DNA of 64,000 nucleotides from Thalia democratica (lineage: Eukaryota), in assembly GCA_965202585.1 (NCBI GenBank), contig OZ241826.1, forward strand, positions 37,262,001-37,326,000, given 5' to 3'. The notes below the pieces were generated by a model. That model worked only from the letters and a program-made list of their open reading frames with translations. It ran no database searches and had not been told where the DNA came from. Of this stretch, positions 39,406-53,265 are shown one piece after another. Each line of letters opens with the position of its first letter. The stretch's first letter is position 1. The position numbers and the translations under genes are program-made.

Positions 39406-42400
39406 GTTTGCTTTTTAATTTTTTTTAATTTGACATTTAAATGTAGAAATATTTTTAAATAACTTTTCTAACAACTATATTTATATTTGATTAGACATAT
39501 AGTATTTATATTAAATTTGAAATGGTATACTGCATACATAGCAACTTTATTTATCATTTATATAGTGTGTTTGTAAAATTTGAATTGAAAAAAAATACAA
39601 GATGTGAATTAGTAACTTGCTTTTTATGAATATCTAAATTAACTAACAGCATTTGTAGCCACGGAATCCCCGACGAGCAATTAGATATTAGAGAGAAAAT
39701 TCAAAGTGCTCCTAGTAACTATTTGACATCCTCAGTTTCAAATTACAACAATCCTTATAGGGTTGATCAAGACCGTCGAAAATGTGAAGAAACAATTGAT
39801 GACCATTATTTGGAAATGGTTCTTAACAAAGACGCTATTTGCAAGTTTGTTTAATTTGTTTTAGTTTGAAATCAAAGCGTTTGTTTAGAATACTCATGCT
39901 GGTTTTAGTTTAATTTACCCATGTTTTAGACAAAATAAAAATTATTCGGACACAATAGTTTACTACGCGGTTTAAAATAGATCTTATGTGAGTTAAAAGT
40001 CTTGTTGGCTCATACTTGTTCTTACAAACTTTATATATAATTAGTTGTCAGCAAATTAAGTTTTTAAGCTAACCTAAAAGCTACTTTTGAATTAGAAAAA
40101 AGTAAATGAAACAAATTAAAGCAAGAAGTTTTCCTAATATTCTTAATATGTAATTAATTTTGTTTAATGTTTCAAATATAAATGCGTCTGTTGACATTGC
40201 TTAAATTATATGAAAATAAAAAAAATACTTTAATGGCTTGAGTTCAAGTTTTTTTTATAAGTTTAGAATTTTTTTTTTTGTGCTTGATTAGTTATAAAAA
40301 CTATTGCTGAGAAAATGAAAATGATCTTATTAACATACTTTAAAAGCAAAATTATTAAAAAAAGAGCTTAACTAAGCTTTAACGTGATCAAGTTTTTGTA
40401 GAGACTAAATATGGTATAATTAAAACCTAGTTCAATTAAAAGAGAACTTCAATATTTAGTTTGTAGCAAATATACTATTGAATATTAGTTTGGTTATATA
40501 TTGTTAAACTGGAACTGAAACATTTAAACAGTTTCATCTTAACTTTATATATGTTTATTAATTGCCAAAAAAGTACTACACTTGCAAAATTAGCTGATGA
40601 CCTTGAGGTATGCATACTTTGTTGTTTAGTTTGTGTTAGAACCTATCATAAAAATTTTGAATGAATCAAAAAAAATATTTATATTGTATTTTTAAACATT
40701 ACTAGATTTTTATTAATAATGTAAACTGTTCAAAAACACAAAGAAAGTTTTTAACGCCTGTAAAATGCAGTAATAATTCGTCTTAGAGTTGCTATTATAA
40801 TACTGAAAGAAAGATTACCTGAAATACTTTAATGACAATCAATCTAGTATATGTCTAAAAAACACGTGTTGTAAAATATTTTTAATTTTCAGCCTTTTTT
40901 CCCGTTGCATTTATTTTTAAACTTTCGACAAACCAAAAAAGGTGCTAAATCTTAATAAATAATGTTATATTTTAGATTTAGTTTATACATACATTTTTTA
41001 TAGATTTTTATGACTTTTTATTTAACACTATCAATATTTTTAATGAATTGTAAAACTGTTTTGAGTTTGTTAGAAAAAACTTAAATCAAGTAATTATTCT
41101 TAGCTCGAAATTATGACTTTTTCATGGCTTACCGTCTGTATTATTATCGTTTTCATTTAGTCTTAAATTAGTTAAAGTGATAATATATTTATAATTATTA
41201 TGGATTGTTTTGTGACCTTTACATGAATATAGCTAATGATTTTAAGTGTTTCAATAAATAATACAAACTGAGTCTAAGCCATTTTAAGTATCTCTTTTAT
41301 TAAGCTACTTTTATCTATTCAATATTTTTTTGATAGTTTTTTGCCACAAACATACATACTTTAATTAAGGCAGTAACAAGTTATAACAAAATAATCGTTT
41401 TGAAATAATAAACATAATTCTATTTTAAGTGAAGTAATCATAGTTTATAAAAATAGTTAGACAAAAATATATTACTTTTTACCAAAATGAAACTTAAAAA
41501 AGACAATTGCAGGAATTAATTTCTACACAGTTAAGATATTCTAGATAAAACGATAATAGACATTAAATGCTTCACACACTATCGCAATGTATTGTAACAT
41601 TATAGTTGGTAATGACTGTTTTAAATTTAATTAGACGCATTTTCAATTAATTTCGAGCTGTTACTTAATATAAAAAAAACTGTTTAAGTATAAATTTTTA
41701 GTTTTATATTATTTTAATTCATTTTAGTTCATACTCATTTATATCATCAACAGACACGCCTTATACCCATTGTTAGAAGTCATACTTCTAAAGATCGAAC
41801 TGAAAACCCTCGAAACTAATACTTCACAAAATGACGTCACAAGTATTACGACGTCACAATCTTTTAATGATGATATCCAATTGTTTGCCGAAGGGGTTAA
41901 TACTTAAATTCAATATATTTTCTTTTTAGTGTATTCATGACTGGTAAACTATCCTATTTATTTAGATAAAAAACACTAGGATCCAAAAAAAACGTTCCTT
42001 GTGGTTTATAATAATGTGTACTAGTATTTACAATTTTTTGTAGAATGCATATATATTTTAAAATTTAGTTAGCTTTATAAGTATGTACAGTGTTTACTTA
42101 TATATTAAAAAGCTTATTTTATAGTATTTTATAAGAAAATTAAAATATGCAAGTTTAGTAACCTTTAGTGTGCAAATTGTTTTCAATCATTACTAAATAA
42201 ATAACTTTAAGATGCAAAAGGAAAATCGTACGTGGAGATTTGATCCGAACAATGAAGTAGATCATTTGGTAAGTAAACTAATAAAACAGTCGACTTGTTT
42301 TTTTAAATTTAAACTTAGATAGGCTTTTGTGATTTTACTTGATTACATATAACAATATGAATATTGAAATATAATTATAGAGCAAAAAACTTGTACAAAA

Positions 42401-45400
42401 CCCATGTAGTTTGTTTATATGTAATAAAATTTAAACATTTGAGTGATTTATTTTCTAGAAAAATCTAAAGTATATTAATTTAATTTGAAAAAGATTTAGC
42501 TATAAACCTACTTTTAAAGCTTCTTAAAATGATTTTTTTTAACTTAATGATGTTTTTTTTTTCTGTTATTAATTTAGAATTTATGGTTATTAACTGGATC
42601 TATTTGTATACAGATGGTTCTTGCAATTACTGTGCTTCAAAACCAGTTAATAGAATTAGAAAGAGTAAGTTAATTATTAATAAGTTTAAATAAACAACTT
42701 TATCAATTGTCAGTTATTAATTAAAATTATTACAAAACAGCTTTAGTTTTTTGATAGAAATTTAAACCAAACAATTTAAACATATGTCTCAATATAAATC
42801 ACAACTTTTAAAATTAAAATTTGTTGTAGTGTTAAAACTAGATTGACTTCAAATTATATACTTTACTAAAGAATTTAAATTTTCAGGTTGAAGATATATG
42901 TAAAAGTATCACATCAAAAAGCACTCGTTTTAGAAAAACACTAAAATTTGAACACATTACTTCAAGTAGGATTCCATCATTGGAAAAGCGATTTCCAGGG
43001 AGTTTTGAAAATGACATTAATTCTAGATGTGAGTCAACTATTCCCGGTAATAGCTCATTAGACCTTAGCAACGAAAAACTATCATCGACGGATGAAAATG
43101 CTGAAAATCAGGTTTTAACTAAAATTTCGATTTACAGTATTAACTATGCATCTAAACTTTTTTAGATTTTTTAATGAACTTTCAAACTAAGTAACATGTA
43201 TGAGCATGTGTTAATTTTGCATCAAGGGAGTAAATAACTTTAAAGTTTGCTTATCTAAAGTATTTTAAAACAAATATATTAAACTAACTAAATTAAAAAG
43301 TAAACATTTTTCTATTACTCTCCATAATTAGTGAGTTTAAAATGATTTAAAAGACCATATGTTCGCACATTTGGTAAAGTAAAACTTAACTCTATAGTCA
43401 AGTTAACTTGGTTAATATAACATTAAAAAACTTGTTGATAATACTATAACAAAAAAATCAAACTCAAGTATTTAAGTTTTGTTTACAGTTCTTAACAAGT
43501 TAGACATAAATAGTTACGTACCAATAATTGATATCGATAAAGTTTTAGATGTTTGATAGCTAAATATATTTTAAAGCTTCTCTCTTCACCAAATGGTCTT
43601 TCAGAAGAATTTTTTACGACAGCATCAGAACCACAACAAGACTTTCAAGGTGATTATGAGTTTTCGAAAACTACTAGCAGTGATAAACCTTTAACACAGC
43701 AAAGCATATTTGAACCTAATAATACTTTTAGTGAGCTAATGCTAATTTTTGTTACTTACTAGTTACTAGTTAAAAAAAAATAATTAAAATCAAACTTTTA
43801 ATCATTAAAAATCTACATTGGTTTGTAAATTTATGTTTAAATCATATCTGCATTAAATTTTAATTCACTTTTTTGTTTGGCTATTATTTTAGCTGAATAT
43901 AATAAAAAATTGAAATGTTTAAATCGTTCAAAAATACTTATTGTAATATTAATCTTTTTTGACAATTAATAAATGAATAAATTTACACTCTTTTGTTATT
44001 TTTTTTTTAATTTAAATTATTTCATTAAAATGAAAAAAAAACAACAATTTTGAATCGGAAATACTACTAAAGCAGCAGAAATAATATTTGAAAACTTTTC
44101 AACCGTTAAATAATTAATCTTATCATAAAAATTGTATAAGTTTGTACATGTTAAAATAAATTTACGAATTCAACGAAAATTTTAAAACGAAGTTCAAGTT
44201 TCTTTTTTATCTAAATAAAAAAAAATACAAAAATTCTTCAACAGTCTATAAATTTTTTGTATTTGATCATACTATGTCATTTTATGCGGAAATTTTTATA
44301 TTTATGGACGAAACCTCAAGAATGCTTTAAAAATTATTAATAAATTATATAAAAATATTAACAGTAATTAAACAAAGTAAAATTATTACTTCTTAGTTTT
44401 GTAAAAACAGTAGTCTCTGTTTAGTAACTAATATTTTTATGAATATTTATAAAAAAATAAATAAATATTAAATAAATAAATAAATAAATACTAAATTTAT
44501 GTTAACCTTTTCATATTTTAATGCTAAACACCAATAAAAATTATGTCTTAGTTTTCTACAAATAATTTTTAATTATTTTCATAAAACAAAATATCTTAAT
44601 TAATTTCTTAGTCATTTGTTCATTTGAAAAAGTCAGTAAATTTTTTTATCTAAACTTACAAAATGAAGTGCAATTAAAATATAAATCTTTTGTTGTGATT
44701 TTGTATTGAATAAGTTTTGATAATTCATTCCAATAGGATAATATCTTACTAGATTTTCTTAAATAATTACTCAAAACATGAGTTTTAAGTAATGTTTATA
44801 TTATTAAGATTGTATTTGTATAAATAACTAAACTCTGTGTCTATTAACTTGTTTTTAGGCAACAAGTTAAAAGGATCAACTCTTTCTGAATACAGTGAAG
44901 GTTCAATAAGCAGAACAGTAGAAAACAAATTAAGGACACCACGAGTGACTTTTCCAGAATCGACAACAATTATCTTGAGAACGTGGCTTTTTAAACACTT
45001 GACTGTTAGTTACAAATTAAATTTAAAAGTACTCCCGTATACGCAAAACATTAAAACTGCCACGTAGTTTTAACATTACATCTCAACTTCAATCATAGCT
45101 CCTTTTTTATTACCTTTTTTTAATTTGTAAATTAAAATTTTGAAAGATGCTTATATCTGTTAATAGTTATTGCTAATTGATTATAAACGTTTATTAAAAC
45201 ATAACGGAACTTAAAGCTTTAAAAAGTATGAGATTATTAAATAAATAAAAATTTTAAAGTTTTGTTTTTACGTTTAAAAAAACGAAAGAATTTCAAAGAT
45301 TTTAAAGTTATTTGTCGTCTTTTGATTATTCTCGATTATTTTATTCTAAATTATTTAATTATATTTATAACAACCGTACTACTTTAACATGTTTTTATAT

Positions 45401-47173
45401 TTAAAACTATAACTTTTACTTAATAATATCATGCCTTACATTCCTGAAGAACATAAGAGTTATAAATATTTTTTAATTGAAGCTATAATTTACTAGATTT
45501 TACTAAGATGATATTATAGTTGTTTTAATTTTATATATATTCAACTTAGAATCCTTATCCATCAGAAGCGCAGAAGAACATTTTAGCAAGACAAACCGGA
45601 CTGACATTAAAACAAATAGCTAGCTGGTTAGTTAAATAGTTAACTTTCGTAGTATGTGTATTATATAACTTCAAAGCAAAACTAAATGCAAAAGCTTTTA
45701 ATTTAGCACTATATAACCTAAAAAAAGAAAATAAAAGTTTAAAAAAAATATAGCAAATTAAAAACAAACCATCATGCCTGAAATTAGCAACGGAACTTAA
45801 TATTATCAAATAAGATAAACAAGACACACAAATCAATCAACTAAATATATATATCGAGTAGATCTCATCAGTAGAGTGTAAAGCTAACGAGAGATAGGTT
45901 TTTCAAATTTATAAAATAACCAAGTATTTATAATTTAAACAAGAGAGTAATAAAAGTCAAATGCAGATAGTAAAAATTAAAATTATTAAAGCTTTTTTTA
46001 TTATAATGAATTTTATTTATACTTTTTTTTACTTTTATTTATACTTATTTAATGTTTTCCATTAAAAAATTAAACTTTGATCTTCTTGTTGTATGAGATA
46101 TATCTGCCAAATATTTAAAGTCGAGCTATTTTCTTAAACCTTCAGATAATAAAAGTTATAAATGTTTAATAAAAGGCCTTTTTGGTTTAAATAAAGTATA
46201 TTTATCAAAGAAAATATTGTAGATAATGCATTTTACTGAATAATTTTTAAGTTTTAACCTTGTTTGATACAAATTAAGTTTTAATATTTTACAGGTTTAT
46301 AAATGCTCGTAGGAGGATTGTACAGCCAATGATCGATCAACGTTACAGAGCAGGTTACTTTTTGTAGAGCTGTTTTAAACTATTTTATCTTACTTTTATC
46401 GAGTTTTTACTAACTATTGTTCGTTAAATTCGTACATTTGTTTAAAAATTATAACTTAAATTTTGTTTCTCCTTTTTTTAAAACAACACATAGTTTTGAA
46501 GTTACTTATTGACAGTATGAGTGATTAATAACTACTTAGTTATAAGCTGCGTAAAAAAACCTTTATTTTATAAAGCCTCAAAGCAAATGATGAACGTTCC
46601 CTCTCAAGACCAGATACAAGTAAACAGTGGATTTAATTCAGGACATCAATTAAGATATCCTATAGCGAGTAGGTTTCAAGGTAAATCGGATTATTTTGTA
46701 CAATACATAAACTATTATTATGTTACTAATTTTTGACTTATAATTGAGAAGCTAATTAGTTGTATGAATATATACAAAAATAAGCATAATTATCTATTAT
46801 TAACTTTATTTTTGTTTCGAAAAAGTTGTAACAGCAGAAATTAAAAATTAATTTTTAAAATTAACAAAACTCAACTATGATTGAAAAATTGACCAGTAGT
46901 TAAAATAGATATTAAGAAAAGAGTTATTAAAACAACTAAAATTATATTTTAGGATTTCAAGGGATGTCTGCTAAAATAATAATGAGAAACAATTACAATC
47001 AACATCAACCAGGAACTCCAAACCTTCATCCCATGGTTCATCCTCCGTTTATGAATTTTCTTCCACACAACCAACCTCAAACGAGTGTTTACCCTTACTA
47101 CGTTCACCATGGCACTACTGCAGTGCACCACGGCTATCAGATGTCTGGTAATTATTCGGGGCCCACTTTCTAG
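39146..47173 (+). CDS. Meis: Meis-class TALE homeobox gene, 12 coding exons, ~560 aa
   Basis: All introns are GT-AG with consistent phases (1683-nt CDS). MEINOX-like HALYPLL...SFNDDIQLF...IELERVEDIC; TALE homeodomain WLFKHLTNPYPSE...WFINARRRIVQPMIDQ. Confidence 0.9.
39659..39844 (+). CDS. Meis: Meis-like exon 2
   Basis: Ends NKDAIC, cf. Meis DKDAIY. Confidence 0.8.
41754..41895 (+). CDS. Meis: Meis-like exon 3
   Basis: HALYPLLEVILLKIEL...SFNDDIQLFAEG. Confidence 0.9.
42212..42268 (+). CDS. Meis: Meis-like exon 4
   Basis: MQKENRTWRFDPNNEVDHL, cf. Meis PELDNL. Confidence 0.85.
42614..42664 (+). CDS. Meis: Meis-like exon 5
   Basis: MVLAITVLQNQLIELER, cf. MIQAIQVLRFHLLELEK. Confidence 0.9.
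42887..43111 (+). CDS. Meis: Meis-like exon 6
   Basis: VEDICKSITSK...; phase 0 at both ends. Confidence 0.8.
43577..43730 (+). CDS. Meis: Meis-like exon 7
   Basis: Open S/T/acidic linker flanked by AG and GT, phase 0 to 1. Confidence 0.7.
44859..45004 (+). CDS. Meis: Meis-like exon 8 (homeodomain helix 1)
   Basis: RVTFPESTTIILRTWLFKHLT. Confidence 0.92.
45550..45626 (+). CDS. Meis: Meis-like exon 9 (TALE loop, helix 2)
   Basis: NPYPSEAQKNILARQTGLTLKQIAS(W). Confidence 0.93.
46295..46353 (+). CDS. Meis: Meis-like exon 10 (helix 3)
   Basis: WFINARRRIVQPMIDQRYRA. Confidence 0.95.
46576..46680 (+). CDS. Meis: Meis-like exon 11 (frame-neutral)
   Basis: 105 nt, phase 1 to 1, AG/GTAAAT sites. 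Confidence 0.65.
46953..47173 (+). CDS. Meis: Meis-like exon 12
   Basis: H/P/Q/M-rich C-terminus ending in TAG. Confidence 0.8.
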
Positions 47174-50100
47174 TCGCTTGGCAACTGATCACTTAACAGG
47201 CAATGTATAAATACATAAATTTTAAAAATTTCTTTAATGAAAGTTATTTTGATCAAAATTTATTAATAAGTTTTGATAATTTTAAAAATGTTAGGCAATT
47301 TTTTCAGTAGCTTAAAATGATTAGACGTTTAGGGTTAAGTGTTGTTCGTTGAATTCTATTTCTCACAAACAAATTTTTCATTTAGCAGTGATACTAGATT
47401 TTTGTTAAAGACTACCGCATTAATAAATTTTTCACATTATTGTTTTTCTTCTTATGCTAGTTTAAATTTATATTCAAAGTTTACAAACTTTACTTAACTT
47501 TATTATCTAAAAACGATTATGAAAAGACACATTTAAGTTTTAATATAAACAAAATTTATTTATGTTTAATGTAGCTTGTAATTAGTTTGTACTGTTTTAA
47601 ATGTCAAAAAATAAAGATAACACTTACCTAAAGAGAGTGAGTCATATTATGAAAATCAAAAGGATTGTTTGTATTGATAATTTTTAAAAACTTATTTAAA
47701 AAAAACAGGTTTTACAAATAAAACCGGACAGTCTTAGTTTTTCCTCGTATATCTAGATAAATGAAACTTTCTAGATTAAACTTGAATTAATGATAAATTA
47801 TTACTGGTAAAAAATAAGTCCTAAGTGGGAAAAGTATTGCATATATTTTGTTATAAAAGTTTGTATAACTTATTAGTTGTTTAAGATGTAAAGGGAATAG
47901 TTCTTTGCAATAAACGGTTGTTTTCAACATTAGTTTTTCAACAATTATAATTTTATTTATCTTAAGTTTAGTAATGTTTTATAGGAAAACATTATTTTTA
48001 ACTGTATTCTTTTTTGAGAACCTGATTTACTGCTCTATAATTTTAACCAAAAATTTTAAAGTAATTTTAATACTAATTTTTAACTAATTTGTTTCAATAA
48101 ATTTTTACAAAAACATTATAATACTTTGTAAAGCGATTCAGTTTAATTAGTTATGTAATAAAGCTTGATGTTTGATGAAATGAAAATTATTTTTTATTTT
48201 GATTTTTAGTTATTTAATTTTTGTAGTTTTTGACTTAGTAAACTACTACTTGGTTAACTTGAAAAATTATTATTTACTAATATCGTAAAGTTAATCTTGA
48301 AATTTGATTGACTAGTTCAAGTTCGTTATGATATTTAATCTTATAGATATTTAAACTATGATCAAATTTTTTTGTTAAAACTCGGAAATAGGTCATTCTT
48401 GACATGAAAAAATAAAATTAAATAAAAATGATTTAAACATTGACTTATCAATAAATTAGTAACTGTTAATCGATTATTGAAATCAAAAGTTTAATAAAAA
48501 TTAAGTATTTTCATTAAAAGAATTTCAATATGATGCTTCTTTCCATAATGCACGTATGTGGTCCTGAGAGAGCAAATGATATCTACTCTATTTATTTCTT
48601 TCTTTGTTTTTAAATAATAATGAAAATAAGATTATCTTCTTAAGTTTGTAATCTATAAAAAATATACAAACGGTAAAATTGATTGTCAAAACTTTTAATT
48701 TACATGTATCACAAATATCCATAATATCAATAAGTTTTCCAAATAATTTTTTAATTCAATCAGTATGTCCTTAAATTTTGTTACCATACACAAATTATAC
48801 GATCGTATTTTATTTTCTGCTAAGCTACTCGCATTCTTGTTGCGTACGTAAATATTTCGACAAAAATAAACGTGTTAAGTTCAGACATGTATCCATAAAG
48901 TTTGTTGCTGAACAAAACATTAAGGGATAATAATTGTTCACATAAACTTATACGAGGTCACTAGGGTGTTAAGTTTTAATAAATTGTAATGAAAGTTTGT
49001 TGTTACACAAAACAATTAGGATTTTTTTTTGTTTGCAAAAAATTATTTATTTACCTAATTTTATAAATATAAGCTGGTACAAAATTCTAAATTGGTTTAA
49101 TACAACTTTTTACCTTATTAAAGTTATAAAACAACTGTGTTAACTAACAAAAAGTAATTTACAATTTTAAAACGACTTATACAGAAATTTTTTCTAAAAT
49201 ACAAATTCAATATGTGAGGAAAATATTATAAAAAAAAAGTTTAAGAGCAAAAGAGACAAATCTTGGTTTAAATACATTAATTTCAATTTCAAATACAATA
49301 TAGCAAATCTTTACATTAAAAGTGTCCACATCTTTTTTTTGTTGTTCATATAAATCTTTATAAGTTTATATTGGTTTACTTCTATAAATTTCCGCGGCTA
49401 GAAAATTTCCGTGATTTTTTTTTCTTAATTGTTTTGTTTAAACAAATATTGAGTCCTGCAAGCTCTAGATTTAGTTTAAAACGTTTTACTAAAAGATTTT
49501 AATAAAACAAGAAACACTTAATCATTCACTTAGTATTGTTTGGCAACTTAAAAAAAATAAAATGTTGATAATACAGTTTATCACACGTTTTTACTGATAG
49601 TTAATATTATCATTGTATGTTTTATCAAAGTTGGTTTTTACGTGAAGTACGTGAAAACGTTTCTCCGATGTCTATCAACAATGTAAAATTGATTAAGTTT
49701 TGTACGAGCCCTTTGGTGGTTGTGACGTCATAATACTTGTTCTTAATCATATCAAGTCTAAAAAGTTTGATTTAACAAAAGATACAAGAACTAAAACGTA
49801 GCCATCATGATCGAATGGGTAGTAAAAAAATAGATAAAATGTACAAATAAAGTTGTGCGTAGTTTTACCACCAGCAAACATGCATAGCTACAGCGGGGAA
49901 GCAGAATTTTTAACTTTTCACATCAATTAATGCTTATTAAAAGTTGTGTGGTCAGACAGTTTAAACATTCAAAAGTTAAATGCCAATACCAATTTATATT
50001 CTTTTTTTTTTAATTTTTGCATCCCATAAGAGTAAGATTAAGCAAACGAAAATTGATCAACTTTGAACTATTTGATAAAATGACACTTAAAAGCATGAAA

Positions 50101-50889
50101 TTGTGTTTTTTTTCTCTATATCAGAAAAATGTGGAAAGATTACAGAACATTTGATGATGGCCTTTGATGAGTAACACCCGTTATCTAAGTAAAAATGAAT
50201 TTAGTTAGTTTTTATAGCATAATGATTGAATAAAGTAAGTTTAGCTAACTGTTCAAAATTAAATTTTCTTTATGTTAAACCATTTATACTATTTACATAC
50301 TATTGTTTCTTTCATACAAAAGTGTAATTGTATATTATACTACAAATTAGTATAACTAAAAATATAACTACAAATTCGTAAACTTATTAAGCACAATAAA
50401 ACTTCTCTTTGATAGTTGTTGTTTATAAATGGGAAATAATGTCTATTTATCTATTTACGTTGTTTGTATATATCAGCTAAAACCAATTAAACTTTTTTTT
50501 GTATGTTAGACAATTAAGGTAGACTAAAATAACAAAATAGAAAAATAATAAACTTTGAATAATAAGAAAAAGAAAACAACTTTCGTCAATAGTTTAATAA
50601 GTAAAACTTATGTCTGTGAAAAAAGCTTTATTACTTTTTATAGTATCCTAAGTTTTAAGTATTAAAAAATTAAAATTTTAAATATTTCTTTGTTTAATCA
50701 TCTGTGCACTTTTGCTTGTTTGAAAAACACTAAAACATAATAAAATTTTATAGTAAAACGTTATAGCAAAAATTTAGTTATTAGGCAACAGTTAAAATTG
50801 TTTTTGTCACCTTTTAGCATTCTTCACAAATAACAAAAAAAAAAAGGTAAAATCTTTTAAACTCAATTTGGTTAAATTCTTACAACTAG

Positions 50890-51490
50890 TTAGGCCGCAC
50901 AAATTTTAAAGACTAAATCTTATGAAAATTATTAAATCTTTCATAAATTTTCTAATCTCGCTCGAGGCTATATTAATAAATTCAGCGATTTCAAGGTGGC
51001 TTTCTAAACATTAAAAATTAATTCCCAACTAACTAACAACCAGGGTTATTGATCAAACAATAAACAATTCAAAATTATTTAATGAAACCACACCGGTTTT
51101 GAACAATTGCGCTGATTGCTACTTGCAATTTATTCCCCTTTGCTAGAAGTCAGCACATTTTTCAGCTCTTATCTCATGACTGTTTCCATATGTAGCTAGC
51201 AAATTAAGATTCCGCACAAGTTAAAGAAACTATAAAATGAACTTTTTATAAAATTTTCAACCACTCACGAAGCCATGTTCACAAAGTTTGCGACTTCAAG
51301 GTGACTTTCTAACCAATAAGAATTAAGTACTAACATACTAACTACAAAGGTGATAGATAAAAAGATAGATAACTCGAAATTATTTAAAGAACCACACAGG
51401 TTTTGAAATATTGCACAGATTGTCACTTACAATTTATTCCCTTTGCAAATAGTCAACACATCTCCTTCGCTCTTTTTCTTGCGTGTTTCT
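50890..51490 (+). repeat. Diverged tandem duplication, two ~315-bp units
   Basis: CCGCACAA...TTCAAGGTG(G/A)CTTTCTAA...AACCACAC...CAATTTATTCCC occurs twice. Confidence 0.7.
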
Positions 51491-53265
51491 GTAAGTGGCT
51501 TACGATTTACAGTTTTGAAAATTTAATATTAAAATTTTAGCCGGAGTAAACTAAATGCCTAGGGTTTTAATAATAACTTTAAACTTAATCTTTTTACTTT
51601 CTGGTTTATTTGTTTAAGTTTTATGAATACTCTGATAGTAGTTTGATAAGCTGTGTAATATTTATGAAAATGCAATTAAAATGACATTCTAGTTTTATTA
51701 AACTTTTAATATTGACATTATATATTATATAAGTTTTTATTTTCTTAAAAAAAAAAACTCGGCAGTTGTGATAGCTTTCCTAGTTTCTATAATTGCCTAC
51801 AAACCTTAAATTCCGACAGGTATTAAATGAATGTCCTAAAAACTGTATATATTTAATAACTTTTATGTTTAGCAAAATAAAACTAAGCATGCTATTGTAT
51901 TGTATCATACAAGTTTACCAAATAGGAATGTAGTTAAATTCTAAAAGACTTTTCTTTCCCTTCTTGCAAAATAGTAGTTGACATCTGAATGTGACACTTT
52001 GATGCGCATCAAAAAATCTGTATACATAATTTAATTTTGTTTTGACTTTCCTTTAAGTTTTTATTAACAGCCTCCCTGCTTTGCTTTTAAACTAGTTACC
52101 TAAAAAATTATTTTGCTTAAAATAATTCTACCGTTTTTTATTATCTAAGACTCAAAAGGAAGTAAGTACTACTTTAAAAATCAATTTACGTAAAATATTT
52201 ATTATTATAGTTAATAATTTGTTTTAAAATATACATTGTTTGTATTTTGTAAACAATATATTTATTAAGTAATTTTTTTTATAGAGTATTATTTTTTATG
52301 ATTACTTTATTTTAATAGTTTGTTTTAATTATAATTCTTAACTTTTTTTTGAATCATAAAACAAGCTATTGATATTGCCGATTGCCAAGAAATATGTTTA
52401 AATGTATATGTAAACGTTTTTTCTTAAATAAAAATAATATGGGAATAAATAATTTTTTTGTTATACTTATTATCTACTTACTATTTGCTTATAATTTTTT
52501 GTCTATCACAAAAAAATTACTCTGTGTAAAGAGTAAAATATTTTAAACCATATTTAAGAACTCTTATCTGAGGAGAGCAGTTTATTATTTACAAAAAGTA
52601 CTCTATGGATCTAGATATTTATTTTAGATAATCTATCAAGAAAAACAAAATAAAAATTGTGCTTAAAACTTTAACTATGCAAAATAAGTTTTAACTGAAA
52701 AGTTTTAGCATAGTACATGTTAAAAAAATTTAGATAGATTTGACAGAAACTAGTAAATAAAAAGCCAATAACTTAAACAAAACTTTGTAACTCAAATTTA
52801 TAAAAAAAATATGGGTTATAACGTTTTTGAACATTACTACATATAATAGAAATATCTTTAAAATTGTCGGAGAATTTTTAAATTTTACCTCTGATTAAAT
52901 TCATTTTTTCAAATGCAGTTTCTTCATATTAATAACGTTGGTGTAATATTGAGTTCTTAAAATTATAAAAAAAATGAAAGATGATATTTCGAGCTTGAAA
53001 TACAAACACATAAAACACCAGGAGTTAAATATTTTTTTTGTGCATTATACATTGTACTGTATTGTAAAAACTGATATAAAATCAAATAGTATGAGGGTTG
53101 GTTCTGAATAGAGAATAAAATGTGATTGTGTCTAAAGATATACGAGTATTTTAGTAACAATTTGCTTAAATTTTCTTTGGAACATATCAATTATAATTTA
53201 AAAAGTAATTTTATGACTAATTTTAAACGAAATAATTTTAAAGTACGTTACGAGAAACACTAGGT

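Noticed and set aside
40551-40608. Possible extra Meis exon (MFINCQKS...DDLE|GT)
   Set aside because: Exons 2 and 3 already splice in phase and give contiguous MEINOX homology; no Meis similarity and no good acceptor.
44453-44490. (AAAT)n microsatellite in a Meis intron
   Set aside because: Ordinary simple repeat.
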